Shown here one piece after another: positions 27,400 to 37,821 of a stretch of DNA of 64,000 nt (the stretch's first letter is position 1; every line of letters starts with the position of its first letter). Location: positions 32,001 through 96,000 of the forward strand of contig CAWBZI010000007.1 of NCBI GenBank assembly GCA_963793265.1. Direction: 5' to 3'. The DNA comes from an uncultured cyanobacterium (GTDB taxonomy: Bacteria > Cyanobacteriota > Cyanobacteriia > Phormidesmidales > Phormidesmidaceae). The notes beneath the pieces are model-generated. The model had not been told where the DNA came from and did not search any database. It worked only from the letters and a program-made list of their open reading frames with translations. The position numbers were made by a program, and so were the translations under genes.

Positions 27400-30327
27400 G
27401 TGCGATCGCCCTCATTGACAGGGCTGCGCGATTACCTCTGCTACTACCTCAAGGGAACTAATCACTTCGGTGTCCGGTCGTTTTCAGTGTCAAACAAGAC
27501 TCAGGCATCTCCCTTGGCACCTACCCTCACTCCCCAAGTTCAAGACTTGCTGTCACGCTCGTTTGCTCAACCTCAGGGCGCGATCCACGGCGCAAAGGCG
27601 CTCAATGCTGAAGGTCTAGGGCTGCATCAGCTTGTAGAGGCTCAAGCAGCGCAAACGCCTGACGCGATCGCCCTGGTTCATGAAAAACAAACGTTTACCT
27701 ACCGGCAAATTAACGAGCGATCTAATCAGCTCGCGCACTATTTAATTAAGCTAGGTGTGCAGACAGAGCAGCTAATTGCGATTAGTTTGGTGCGATCGCC
27801 CGACATGCTCATCGCCTTCCTCGGCATTCTCAAAGCCGGAGCCGCCTATGTTCCAATCGACCCCAACTATCCAGAGGCGCGCCGCCAATACATTCTTACC
27901 GACGCCCAGGTTGAAATTACGCTAACGCATAGCGATTTAGCTGACGCGCTATTCACGGAACGGGGCCAGACCATCTGTTTAGATCGAGCCGCCTCTGTTT
28001 TAGCCCAGCAGCCCAAAAGCAATCCTGATCTCAAAGTCAGCCCAAAACAGCTCGCCTACATCATTTACACATCAGGTTCTACAGGCAATCCTAAAGGCGT
28101 TATGGCCCATCACTTAGGGCTTGTAAACTACAGCCTGGCGCTAGCAGAAGCCTTGGAACTAACCGCCGCCGATCGGATGCTTCAGTTCTCGACAATGAGC
28201 TTCGACTTTATTGTCTCTGAGGTGTATCCAACACTAGCAACTGGCGGTGCTTTGGTGCTGCGCTCAGATGACATGGTGACTTCTACCAAAGCCTTTGTAG
28301 ATTTTGTTGCTGAGAATAAAGTCTCGGTCATTCAGTTCACCACCGCTTTTTGGCATGAGCTGGTGAGCGGCATTGATAGATTAGGCATTTCACTACCGCC
28401 AAGCCTGCGGTTGGTTTTGTTTGGTGGAGAGAAAGCCTCTTTGGCGCTTTGCAGGCAGTGGGTCGAGAAAGTAGGAGACTATCCAAGACTGTTTAACGCT
28501 TACGGCCCAACCGAAGCGACCGTGATTACGACGCTATACGACGCAGTAGCTGAAGGCTATGACGGCAGCCAGGACTTACCGATTGGTCGTGCGATTCGTA
28601 ATGCGCAAACCTACGTTTTAGATGAGAAGTTGAACCCGGTTGGCCCCGATGAATCGGGTGAGCTGTATATCGGCGGGCCGGGCGTTACGAATGGCTATTT
28701 GAACCTGCCAGAGAAGACCGCGAACGTTTTTATCGGGAGTCCCTTTCAGACGGGCGATCGCCTCTATAAAACAGGCGACTTAGTGAAAATGGATGAGAGT
28801 GGCCTAATTGAATTTGTAGGCCGAGCTGACTTTCAGGTAAAGATTCGAGGCTTTCGGATTGAACTCGGTGAGATTGAGAGCTGCTTGGATCGCTATGAGG
28901 CGATAGAGCACCGGATCGTAATTGCGCGTGAGGATACGCCCGGCGATAAGCGACTGGTGGCTTATGTGGTTACTAAGGGCGGGCACACGTTGGATATAAC
29001 AGCGCTAAAAGAGCACCTTAAAGCAGAGCTACCTAGCTTTATGATGCCTGCGGCAATTGTTGTAATGCCGGAGCTGCCAAAGAATGCGAATGGCAAGATT
29101 GATCGGAAGGCGCTGCCTGTGCCGGTTCAGGAGGATGCGCAGCGATCGCTTGTGTCGGCGCGATCGCCCCTAGAAGAAAAACTCGTCACCCTCTGGAAAT
29201 CAGTATTAAACCTTGATACAGTCGGCGTCACCGATGACTTCTTCGACCTTGGCGGCAACTCTCTGCTAGTCATGCGACTGTTCAGCGAGCTAGAGGCTTT
29301 GTTCGATCAGCGCCTGCCCCTAGTGGAGATTTTCGCGGCCCCAACGATTGAGAAAATGGCTGAGCGACTAGAGCAGATAACGGTAGTCGAAACGACTGCT
29401 ACTGATGAAAGCAAAGCAGAAGCTTCCACCTTTTCTCATTGTGATTCGCTGGTGCCGCTAAGAATAGGAACGGTTTATCCACCGCTGTTTTTGGTTCATG
29501 ATGTGGATGGTGATACGGCGCTGTATTTGCATTTAGCCCGGCGGTTGGAGCGCGATCGCACCGTATACGCTATCAGACCTCAGCGGCTCTGGCAGCGAAT
29601 GGACTGTAGCGACGACGCGCCTTTAGCCCATAGCCGCGTTGTTGAATTTGCACAGCACTGTGTAGAACAAATGCGTCTGGTGCAACCAGTCGGCCCTTAT
29701 TTAATAGGCGGCTTATGTGCAGGCGGGGTCATTGCCTTCGAGACAGCCCGCCAGTTAGAAGCGGCTGAAGAGAACGTTGTTTTAACGCTGATGGACGCAC
29801 CTGCACCAAATGCCCAAAAACGAGCTGGACTAATTGCCGATCAGCGCTTAGAAAACTTAGGTAACGTATGGTCTACAAATAAGAACCCGCTGCAAGTTGC
29901 TATTAAAATCTGGCAAAAAGGCACTAACGCCCTTCGCTACGAAATCTCTTCTACTTACAACAAAGTGCAGTCCTGTGCCCGCGCTCACACCTTCCAATGG
30001 TTCCAAGACAAAGCGCTACCCATACCCAGCATCCTACAGAGCCTGTCTGCAAGAAGCCTTATTCTGTTTGCCTACCACACCTACCACATTGAAAAACCCT
30101 TCAAAGGCAAGGTTTTGTTGGTTAGAGCAACAGCAGGCAACGGTACTAAGGAAGACGCGGCCTATGTTTCAGAATACGAAGATTCGATGTTCGGATGGAG
30201 CCCCTATGTACAGCAACCTATCGAGGTGACTGATGTACCGGGCGGCCATTCTACGATGCTCGGCAGCGACAAGGCCCAGTTCATTTCCAAGGCGCTAGAA
30301 ATCTTCATCAAAAAGTCTCTCAGGTGA
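27400..30327 (+). CDS. Stand-alone NRPS module A-PCP-TE (start may be GTG 27487)
   Basis: A-domain cores YTSGSTGNPKG, NAYGPTE, YKTGD, NGKIDRK; PCP FFDLGGNSL; TE GGLCAGG and PGGHSTML; no C domain. Confidence 0.93.
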   Translation: MRSPSLTGLRDYLCYYLKGTNHFGVRSFSVSNKTQASPLAPTLTPQVQDLLSRSFAQPQGAIHGAKALNAEGLGLHQLVEAQAAQTPDAIALVHEKQTFTYRQINERSNQLAHYLIKLGVQTEQLIAISLVRSPDMLIAFLGILKAGAAYVPIDPNYPEARRQYILTDAQVEITLTHSDLADALFTERGQTICLDRAASVLAQQPKSNPDLKVSPKQLAYIIYTSGSTGNPKGVMAHHLGLVNYSLALAEALELTAADRMLQFSTMSFDFIVSEVYPTLATGGALVLRSDDMVTSTKAFVDFVAENKVSVIQFTTAFWHELVSGIDRLGISLPPSLRLVLFGGEKASLALCRQWVEKVGDYPRLFNAYGPTEATVITTLYDAVAEGYDGSQDLPIGRAIRNAQTYVLDEKLNPVGPDESGELYIGGPGVTNGYLNLPEKTANVFIGSPFQTGDRLYKTGDLVKMDESGLIEFVGRADFQVKIRGFRIELGEIESCLDRYEAIEHRIVIAREDTPGDKRLVAYVVTKGGHTLDITALKEHLKAELPSFMMPAAIVVMPELPKNANGKIDRKALPVPVQEDAQRSLVSARSPLEEKLVTLWKSVLNLDTVGVTDDFFDLGGNSLLVMRLFSELEALFDQRLPLVEIFAAPTIEKMAERLEQITVVETTATDESKAEASTFSHCDSLVPLRIGTVYPPLFLVHDVDGDTALYLHLARRLERDRTVYAIRPQRLWQRMDCSDDAPLAHSRVVEFAQHCVEQMRLVQPVGPYLIGGLCAGGVIAFETARQLEAAEENVVLTLMDAPAPNAQKRAGLIADQRLENLGNVWSTNKNPLQVAIKIWQKGTNALRYEISSTYNKVQSCARAHTFQWFQDKALPIPSILQSLSARSLILFAYHTYHIEKPFKGKVLLVRATAGNGTKEDAAYVSEYEDSMFGWSPYVQQPIEVTDVPGGHSTMLGSDKAQFISKALEIFIKKSLR

Positions 30328-30333
30328 ATATCG

Positions 30334-31407
30334 ATGTTCACCAATGAGCACGCATTGTTTAGTTCATACTCTTTCACTTCACCCTTCACCCGCTCTATGA
30401 TTGCCACCACTCAAAACGTATCTTCGCCTAATTACGCCAAACCGCTTATCAACTGGAGTCCTTCAAACTACGCCGCCTTTGGCCGCAAAACGCAGCTTTT
30501 CGATCACGGCTACCACCAGCTTCCGCTATTTGAAAAGGCATCTCTAATCGCCCTGCTCGACAGCTACCCGCGCGCCTGCCTTCAGGCTTTTACAATGGGC
30601 ACTGATAAAACCCAGCGCTCGGACTGGAAAAGCGTTGACATTCACCCTGATAGCAAGGGCGCAGATCTTTGGGCGGCAGTAGAGAAAGGTCGCCTGTGGC
30701 TAAATATTATTTCGCTTGAAAAGCACTCTCAAGCGTATGCCGAGCTAGTCAAAGGTATGTACTCCCATTTAGACGAGTACTGCCCGCACTTAGGAGACTT
30801 GATTGCTAGCTACACCACTATGCTCATTTCTTCGCCGGGCGCGCAGGTGTATTACCACATGGACGAGTCTCCTAACATGCTGTGGCACATCAGCGGCCAA
30901 AAACGCCTGTGGGTGTATCCTGCGATGGACTTACGGTTCGTACCACAAGACTTTTTAGAAGAGATTTATACGGGTGAGATTTCTGAATTCTTGCCCTACG
31001 ACCCTGAATTCGACGCGGCGGCTGAGAGCTTTTTGCTGACGCCTGGCAAGGTGGTTTCCTGGTCTCATAACGCGCCTCATCGGATTGAGAACCTGACGAT
31101 GAATGTGTCGATGACGACTAGCTTTCGGGCACATACTCAACGGCGGCGATCGCTCGTACAGCAGGCCAACCGCTACATCATGCGCAACTTAGGCGTGAAA
31201 AATCGCTCAATGAGAGAAGACGGCTTTAGATCGGCAACAAAGCGCTTTAGCTACAAAGTCATCAATAAGCTCAAGCCATTCAAACCGACTAAGCATCCTC
31301 ACGATGACTATGTGACCAATTTACAGATAGATCCCAGAGAGCCCAACGGCATTCGTATTCTTGATAAGGCTGTTGTTGCTTCTTTTTCTAAGGATCGCAA
31401 GGATTAG
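30334..31407 (+). CDS. JmjC/cupin-like Fe(II)/2-oxoglutarate oxygenase
   Basis: YYHMD..NMLW.I.G.KR..VYP and distal APHRIEN give an HxD...H triad; starts 6 bp after the NRPS stop. Confidence 0.75.
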   Translation: MFTNEHALFSSYSFTSPFTRSMIATTQNVSSPNYAKPLINWSPSNYAAFGRKTQLFDHGYHQLPLFEKASLIALLDSYPRACLQAFTMGTDKTQRSDWKSVDIHPDSKGADLWAAVEKGRLWLNIISLEKHSQAYAELVKGMYSHLDEYCPHLGDLIASYTTMLISSPGAQVYYHMDESPNMLWHISGQKRLWVYPAMDLRFVPQDFLEEIYTGEISEFLPYDPEFDAAAESFLLTPGKVVSWSHNAPHRIENLTMNVSMTTSFRAHTQRRRSLVQQANRYIMRNLGVKNRSMREDGFRSATKRFSYKVINKLKPFKPTKHPHDDYVTNLQIDPREPNGIRILDKAVVASFSKDRKD

Positions 31408-31466
31408 GAAGGAGGAGCCGAAGGACGTAACCGCTGATAGCAGTGTTCTAGTTGGGCAAGAATTCT

Positions 31467-32666
31467 CTAATCTTCAAGAGTTTTGAGGCGATCGCAATCT
31501 CGATCGCCATTGATCTCTATGCTTTCAGGAAGCTTGGTTTTGCATAAAAAGGGAGGATTGACGCCTATTAACTGTGCCGCTGCTATCTCAGCGCTACCAA
31601 GATCGGCCTCAGCTAAGACTGCTTTATCAAGCTTTGCACCTTTCAAATCAGCGCCCGTCAGGTCGGCTCTCTCTAAGTTAGCGCCTTCTAAGTTAGCGCC
31701 TGAGAGCACAGCACTATCCAAAATCGCATCGCTAAGATCGGTGCACTGTTCAGGTTCACGGTCAGGACGTTCAGGTTTTCTGGGCGCGCAGTGAAGATCG
31801 GCCTTTGTCAAGTTAGCTTCTGTTAAGTCAGCCTTAGGGAGCAAAACGCCTCTCATTTCAGCATTGGTTAAGTCTGCATTGTTCAGCTTTACCTCGCTCA
31901 TCTCAGCCCGCCATAGCTGAACCGATGTCATTTTCGCATAGGTCAAGTCAGCTTTCCAAAGTCCTGCGTCCTGAAGCCGGGCACTCTTTAAATTTGCATA
32001 GGGCAGCTTAATACTCCCCAAGTGAGCCCCTTGAGCATCCAATCCTTGAAGACTCACGCAGTCTGGGAAAAACCCGCCCACAAGTGGCATATCACTCATA
32101 GCCTCAGAGGTAGGCATCCACTCCACTCGCGAGGAAATTTTAGTGAAGAAATTTCCACTACAGCCTTTCGTGAGCTTTTGCAGCGCGCCAATACGGCCAG
32201 CACTAGAAGTTTCAACAGCTTTAACATCATTTAGTAGTCTCCAGGCTTCGTTGTGAGCAGCCTCACGACGATTATCGGCTTCCATTACAAAAAGAAAAAG
32301 TCCTGAGAAAATAGTCAAATGACTTAAAATCGTACCGGCTCGCTTTACCAGGGGAATCACTTTCCCGACCACACGAACTCTTCTCTCTTTGTAGGCTGCA
32401 AACATCTCTTTGTAGACGCTTGTCTCAATATCAGAAGCCTTGGCCTGCCTGATTAAAAGATAGTCGCGCGCCAGCCTATCTTTGACATTTAGCAAACCCT
32501 CAAACTCTGCCCGCAAATGCTCAATATCTAGACTTTGACCTGTCTCTGCTGAAGGTTTTTTATCTGCCGAGTCAGCGTCAGGTTTAAATACCTTTGAAGG
32601 CAACCGCTTCATATGAGGTGTCCAGCTTGTTTTATTCGATCGAGGCTCAGAACTAACGTTTACCAT
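31467..32666 (-). CDS. Membrane-anchored pentapeptide repeat protein
   Basis: One TM segment followed by A[DN]Lxx repeats. Confidence 0.85.
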   Translation of the reverse strand: MVNVSSEPRSNKTSWTPHMKRLPSKVFKPDADSADKKPSAETGQSLDIEHLRAEFEGLLNVKDRLARDYLLIRQAKASDIETSVYKEMFAAYKERRVRVVGKVIPLVKRAGTILSHLTIFSGLFLFVMEADNRREAAHNEAWRLLNDVKAVETSSAGRIGALQKLTKGCSGNFFTKISSRVEWMPTSEAMSDMPLVGGFFPDCVSLQGLDAQGAHLGSIKLPYANLKSARLQDAGLWKADLTYAKMTSVQLWRAEMSEVKLNNADLTNAEMRGVLLPKADLTEANLTKADLHCAPRKPERPDREPEQCTDLSDAILDSAVLSGANLEGANLERADLTGADLKGAKLDKAVLAEADLGSAEIAAAQLIGVNPPFLCKTKLPESIEINGDRDCDRLKTLED

Positions 32667-32872
32667 CTTTCAAGTCCGCACTCGCGACACCTACTTATCA
32701 GGGGCACAAGCAAACATTATGCAGTTCTTTCAAAAAGCTGGCTTTAAAGTCAGTTGCTAGGATAGTGGCGATCGCATATTACCCTACCGAGTACCTGACC
32801 TCTGCCAGCTAACGCCATACATTAGAACCCAAGGACAACACATCAAATGCATCTACAAAAAAGGAACACACT

Positions 32873-33415
32873 ATGTCTTCAGTTACACTTCCAACAACAA
32901 CTCTGAGCATTGGCAGCAACGGTGCTGAGGTGAAGGAACTGCAAACGCTTTTGCTTAAGCAAGTCAACATTCAGGGCCTTAGTGCAGACGGTGACTTTGG
33001 CGAAATTACTCAGCTAGCCGTCAGGGTTTTTCAGCTTCGTAACTTCTTAGCAGCAGATGGTATCGTTGGCCCACAAACGCGCGCTGTTTTGGTCAATGGA
33101 GGCGTCGGACACCTGCCTATCTTGCGTCGGAACAGTCAGGGCGAAATCGTAGAACGGTTGCAGCGAGCAATGTCGCTGGGTGATGAAACAGGCCCGGCAA
33201 ACGACATTCAACAGTTTGCAGGCACAAGGGGATTTTACTTTGGTAATATTGACGGCGACTTTGGCCCGGCGACTGAGAAAGCAGTAAAAGCGCTTCAGCA
33301 GTCACCCGTTGTCGGATCGCGCCAGCCCCTTTCTACGGTTGATGGCATTGTCGGGCCAAAAACCTGGGAGCAACTGAAATCGTTGGTTGCCCTAACTTCT
33401 CACGTCGGCCTCTAG
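32873..33415 (+). CDS. Peptidoglycan-binding domain protein
   Basis: Two PG_binding_1 repeats (DGDFG..T..AV..FQ, DGIVGP.T). Confidence 0.88.
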   Translation: MSSVTLPTTTLSIGSNGAEVKELQTLLLKQVNIQGLSADGDFGEITQLAVRVFQLRNFLAADGIVGPQTRAVLVNGGVGHLPILRRNSQGEIVERLQRAMSLGDETGPANDIQQFAGTRGFYFGNIDGDFGPATEKAVKALQQSPVVGSRQPLSTVDGIVGPKTWEQLKSLVALTSHVGL

Positions 33416-33461
33416 AGGCAAATCACACACAGTCTATTGATTCAAGCTTGGATTTAACCTG

Positions 33462-33497
33462 TCTCTCCGCACAAGCACATGTGCGGAGAGATTTTCT
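33462..33497. terminator. Hairpin terminator between convergent genes
   Basis: TCTCTCCGCACA (33462-33473) / TGTGCGGAGAGA (33480-33491), then TTTT. Confidence 0.75.
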
Positions 33498-33509
33498 GAT
33501 TAAACCGCT

Positions 33510-34814
33510 TTAGTGATGGTGCGTGTGCTCAGCTCCAGCATGAGCGTGGCTCTTTTCAGCGTGCTCATGATGCTCGTTGTGAGCGTGCTCGTGGTGCTCA
33601 TGATGGTTGTTGTGAGCGTGCTCACCATGAGAATGTCCACTGTGAGCGCCAGCATGAACGCTTTGCTTATGGCCGTGATCATGACCGTGCGCGTGATCGT
33701 GGCTATGTGCATGATCAGAGGCTTCAAGCACACGCAGCTCAGGATTCACTGTAACAGGGGCAGATTCCAGTAGCGCCTGAATGTGCGTATCTGCCCAGTC
33801 GGCTACCATCTGCATAAACTCAGGATGGTCGTTTACGCAGTCCATTTGCACGTAAGTGACCTGCGGGTTCTTTCGGCGGAGCTGATGAATAATATGATCT
33901 ACATCTAGCAGCGTCTCGTGGTTCTCAGTAGCAAAGCCAATCGGCATCATCACCAGGGCAGTCGCGCCCAAGTCAATCACATTTTGACCGGCAACGGCCA
34001 TATTGGGCTGCGTCCAATCAATCAGTGGCGTGTCGTGGTTCATCCAGCCAATAGAGATGAGTGGATACTTGTAGATGAGCTTTTCGCGGACGGCTTCGTA
34101 GAGCTTTTGGCTCTCGTCAATACCGGAGGTGAAGCCTTTTGCCTTGTGAGGACAGCCGTGGTTTAGCAAGATAATGCCGGTTTGAGAAGGGAGGTGTGCA
34201 ACGGCAAGCTGCTTCTCAATTTTCTCTTCTACCATTTTGGCCAACAGAGAAATGTAGCGCTCCTCGTTGTAAAAAGAAGGAATGTAGCGGGTGCCTTTGA
34301 GCCAGTGCTCGCCTGCACCAGCAAGTTTAGTCAAGCCTTCGTTTACCTGCTCTACGGCAATGCCGCTGGTAAAAATAGAATCAACGACAAGTAGAGGATA
34401 GATCAGCAGCTTGCTGTAGCCTTCTTCTTTAATGGTGGCTAGCACTTGCTCAGGCAGATGAGGCGCACAAAAGTTAAATGCTTTGAATACCTTGACCTTA
34501 TCGCCCCAGCGCTGCTGCAAGCACTCTTCTACATTGGCGCGCTGGCTTTCAAAGATGGCGTTGTGAGGCGAGATAAAGTCGCCGTGCTGGTGGCTCCATT
34601 CGTGCAGATCAAACATCGCTAGCAGCTTTGCGAGCGGCGGATATATCCAGGTTGGAACCGGCGCAAATTTGGCCGTTAGCAGGTTCAGCGCTTGCTCGTT
34701 GTAGTTGGCAAAGTCTTCGTAGCTCTCGACTTCGCCGTAGCCCATGAGCAATACCGCCACGCGATCGTCAGTAGCAGTAGTCTCAGCAGCGTGATGGGTT
34801 TGAATAGCAGTCAT
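33510..34814 (-). CDS. Ferrochelatase-family chelatase paralog with His-rich C-terminal tail
   Basis: VAVLLMGYG, NHGCP, GFATENHETLLDVD; no CAB/HLIP tail; about 29 His in the last ~68 aa. Confidence 0.8.
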   Translation of the reverse strand: MTAIQTHHAAETTATDDRVAVLLMGYGEVESYEDFANYNEQALNLLTAKFAPVPTWIYPPLAKLLAMFDLHEWSHQHGDFISPHNAIFESQRANVEECLQQRWGDKVKVFKAFNFCAPHLPEQVLATIKEEGYSKLLIYPLLVVDSIFTSGIAVEQVNEGLTKLAGAGEHWLKGTRYIPSFYNEERYISLLAKMVEEKIEKQLAVAHLPSQTGIILLNHGCPHKAKGFTSGIDESQKLYEAVREKLIYKYPLISIGWMNHDTPLIDWTQPNMAVAGQNVIDLGATALVMMPIGFATENHETLLDVDHIIHQLRRKNPQVTYVQMDCVNDHPEFMQMVADWADTHIQALLESAPVTVNPELRVLEASDHAHSHDHAHGHDHGHKQSVHAGAHSGHSHGEHAHNNHHEHHEHAHNEHHEHAEKSHAHAGAEHTHHH

Positions 34815-35147
34815 ATACAGTTGTCTCAGTTCGGTGTTGTTTGCGGAATCGTCGGGTTGCTTTAGCCTTAAATAAAGCGAAGGCCGAAAGCATTTATTAA
34901 GCTGTTTCTAAAAGTATCTCAATCTCGTCTTTATATGAAGCTTTTTATGATTTGTCAGAGCAGTCGCCAATTGGTTATCTACGAGCAATAGAGATTAGGC
35001 TATCACTGAAAAAACGAAAGCATCGCATCACTATAGAAAGGCTTAACGATACTTTTTATCTATTGGAAGAAAATCTTTAGGTATTAGGAAAAAAGCCTGT
35101 TTTAGAGACAGCTAATCTCCGTTTAAAGGTAATCAATTTAAAGGCAG

Positions 35148-36278
35148 TTAATCTTCCCAGAGCCGTCTTCTTTTTTTACCGTTTAGCCGATGGTGAGTGT
35201 CTCGCAGCAGGTTTGGAATATCGAGCTGTTCAGGGCAGCGAGGTAAGCAATCGCCGCAGTCAGTGCAGCAGTTGCCTTTTTGGCCTGGAAACCAATGGCC
35301 CGCGTTTTCAAACATGCCGTAGCGATATTGGCCAAAGGCGGTCATGTCATAGGCGACAGCTAGGTTTCGTAAGCGCAATACTTCTGGAATGTTGATGGTC
35401 TCGGGGCAGGGCAGGCAGGCGTGACACTGGGAGCATAGGTCGCCTGCCAGAGTCTCCTGCTGCGTTTTGGTTAGTTGTGCGATCGCCCCCAATTCCCCCT
35501 CATCCAAAGGCCCCACATCATCCGCCACCTGCAAAGGCCAGTCCAGCTCAGCAGGCACCGCAGGCCCCATACTCAGCGTCGTAATTCTAGAATCACTCAG
35601 CAGCCAGCGGTAATTCAGCAGCAGCGGATCGTAAGGCGCGCAGAGGGCTTTGAGTTTTTCAGGTGGGGTGTAAAGCAGTCCGGCTTTGTCGGCAGGCGAA
35701 ATGATGAAAATGCCCATGTTTTGCTGATGGGCTCGTGCGATCGCTGCGGCGTTCCGCTGAAAAAAGTAGCTGTAGTGCAGGTTGATAAAGGAAAAAGACT
35801 GAGTAGCGATCGCCTTCAAAATCAAATCCAAAGGCCCATGCGTCGAAAACCCCACATGCCGAATTCGCCCGTCCGCCTGGGCCTGAGCCAGTGCGCCCAG
35901 CATTTTGTCTTGCGTCCATGCCAAATGAGCCGCCGTATTAATGCCGTGAATTGCCAGGCAGTCTATATAGTCTGTGTTGAGACGGGCTAAGGACTGATCG
36001 ATGGCGCGATCGGTTTCTTCAGCGGTGAGGGTGGGCGTTAGCTTGGTGGTTAAGAAAAGCTGCGCTCTGATGTTTATTGAACGGTTAAGGCGGGTGAGCG
36101 ATCGCCCAATATAGTCTTCACTAGCACCGTAGGCAGGGGCAGTTTCAAGATGGTTTATCCCACAGGCGATCGCCCGCTCAATCACCGCATCTGCAACATC
36201 TGCCGACTCGAACCGCATCGTGCCGAGCGAAAAAACGGACAGCCGCAAGCCGGTACTCCCAAACTGGCGATACTGCAT
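35148..36278 (-). CDS. Aldo/keto reductase with C-terminal 4Fe-4S dicluster
   Basis: SLGTMR, GINHLETAPAYG; CSQCHACLPCP and CTDCGDCLPRCP. Confidence 0.9.
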   Translation of the reverse strand: MQYRQFGSTGLRLSVFSLGTMRFESADVADAVIERAIACGINHLETAPAYGASEDYIGRSLTRLNRSINIRAQLFLTTKLTPTLTAEETDRAIDQSLARLNTDYIDCLAIHGINTAAHLAWTQDKMLGALAQAQADGRIRHVGFSTHGPLDLILKAIATQSFSFINLHYSYFFQRNAAAIARAHQQNMGIFIISPADKAGLLYTPPEKLKALCAPYDPLLLNYRWLLSDSRITTLSMGPAVPAELDWPLQVADDVGPLDEGELGAIAQLTKTQQETLAGDLCSQCHACLPCPETINIPEVLRLRNLAVAYDMTAFGQYRYGMFENAGHWFPGQKGNCCTDCGDCLPRCPEQLDIPNLLRDTHHRLNGKKRRRLWED

Positions 36279-36297
36279 AAGCGGTTAGGTAGACTGG

Positions 36298-36789
36298 TTA
36301 AGTAGATTGGCCGCGCTCAGCAAAATCAGCCGGGCTAATGTTTGAAAGGAAATCTTTAAAGGCTTCTTTCTCAGCCGTATCTGCGTCTCTATCAACCGGA
36401 TGCGCGGCGTCTAGCACCACCTCTTCCATCACCCAAATCGGTGCATTCACCCGCAGCGCTACCGAAATTGCATCGCTAGGACGCGCGTCTAGCTCCTTCT
36501 TTTTATCGCCTCGGCCTACCGTCATCACCGCATAGAACGTGTTGTCTCTCAGCGCGTGAATCACAATTCTTTGCAGCTTTAGCTCCCAGGCATTGAGCAT
36601 ATTCACAATCAAATCGTGCGTCATCGGACGAGAAGCCTTTTCGCCCTCTAGCACTGACTGGATGGCCCGCGCCTGCTCATGAGAAATAAAGATAGGAAGC
36701 TGCCGCCGCTGAGAGCTATCCCTTAACAAAACTATAGGGTTTCGACTGCCTGCATCTACGGCAATCCCTGCCACGTTCATCTCAATCAT
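36298..36789 (-). CDS. Bifunctional nuclease family (DUF151) protein
   Basis: RPMTHDL, DARPSDAI.VALR. Confidence 0.9.
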   Translation of the reverse strand: MIEMNVAGIAVDAGSRNPIVLLRDSSQRRQLPIFISHEQARAIQSVLEGEKASRPMTHDLIVNMLNAWELKLQRIVIHALRDNTFYAVMTVGRGDKKKELDARPSDAISVALRVNAPIWVMEEVVLDAAHPVDRDADTAEKEAFKDFLSNISPADFAERGQST

Positions 36790-37129
36790 CGTTTAGTTCC
36801 TTGAACTCGCCAGGTAACGCTCACTAAACACGGCCTCATCAAAACAGAGTCGATATAAAATCAGGTTTTATATAGTCTATATAGGTTGGGATTATTTTCT
36901 CTATTAACTTGTCCTAATATCAACAATCCTTATCGAAAATATGACACAGGTAATTTGACTTGTCCATTGATTGTTGCAAGGGTTCACTGTAGAACTTAGG
37001 AGCAAGCAAGCGGAAAACAAAGAAAGCGCTAGCTACGTTACATTTTTTGTGCCGTCATCAAATGGATGAAAGCGGTAATATGAAGCTTCAAATACGCCAA
37101 AACTCCTATTCTATAAGGCCATCACAACC

Positions 37130-37807
37130 GTGTTTACAGGACTTGTTCAAAGCGTCGGGCAGCTTCAGCACTTGGGCCCCTACCAGCTCAAAATTACCTG
37201 CGCAACGCCAGGCGATCGCGTTCTACAAGGCATTGAACTAGGCGACAGTATTGCAGTCGATGGCGTGTGCCTCACCGTTGAGAAAATACTGTCCAAAGGG
37301 TTTGTTGCCTCTGCCTCGCCTGAAACGCTGGCAAAATCAACCCTGGGCGAAGTGGTGGATAACGGCCAGGTGAACTTAGAGCCTTCGCTGCGGGTGGGCG
37401 CTAAGATTGGCGGACATTTTGTGACCGGGCACGTGGACGGGATGGGTCAGCTAGAAAGGGCTGAGCGAGTGGCAAATGCGTGGGAAATTTCCTTTCGAGA
37501 AATCAGCGATCGCGTGGCTCGATACATCGTGAACAAAGGCAGCATCGCCGTCAACGGCATCAGCCTTACGGTGGCTGAATGCAGTCCTTCTGGCGACTGG
37601 TTCTCTACGGCGGTCATTCCGGTTACCTACGCAGAGACGAATCTGCAATACCTGAGTCCCGGTGATTGGGTGAATTTGGAGGGCGATGTGCTGGGTAAAT
37701 ATGTGGAGAAATTTGCCCTGGGTCGCGGCGATGCTGAAGTGCCTGTTAACGATCCAGCCGTAGGACTCTCGATGTCTTTTTTAGCTGAGAATGGCTATAT
37801 GTCCTAG
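37130..37807 (+). CDS. ribE: Riboflavin synthase alpha chain
   Basis: MFTGLV, GDSIAVDGVCLTV, GGHFVTGHVD, KGSIAVNGISLTV. Confidence 0.95.
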   Translation: MFTGLVQSVGQLQHLGPYQLKITCATPGDRVLQGIELGDSIAVDGVCLTVEKILSKGFVASASPETLAKSTLGEVVDNGQVNLEPSLRVGAKIGGHFVTGHVDGMGQLERAERVANAWEISFREISDRVARYIVNKGSIAVNGISLTVAECSPSGDWFSTAVIPVTYAETNLQYLSPGDWVNLEGDVLGKYVEKFALGRGDAEVPVNDPAVGLSMSFLAENGYMS

Positions 37808-37821
37808 CCGTGTGATCGCTC

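Noticed and set aside
27400..30327. Mycosporine NRPS MysE
   Set aside because: No mysABC nearby and the A-domain pocket does not look Ser-specific
33500..33773. Met/Val- and Thr-rich ORFs
   Set aside because: Alternative-frame and antisense shadows of the His-rich tail
34858..34900. Hairpin upstream of the chelatase gene as a riboswitch
   Set aside because: No recognisable aptamer motifs (e.g. no B12 box); only a short imperfect stem
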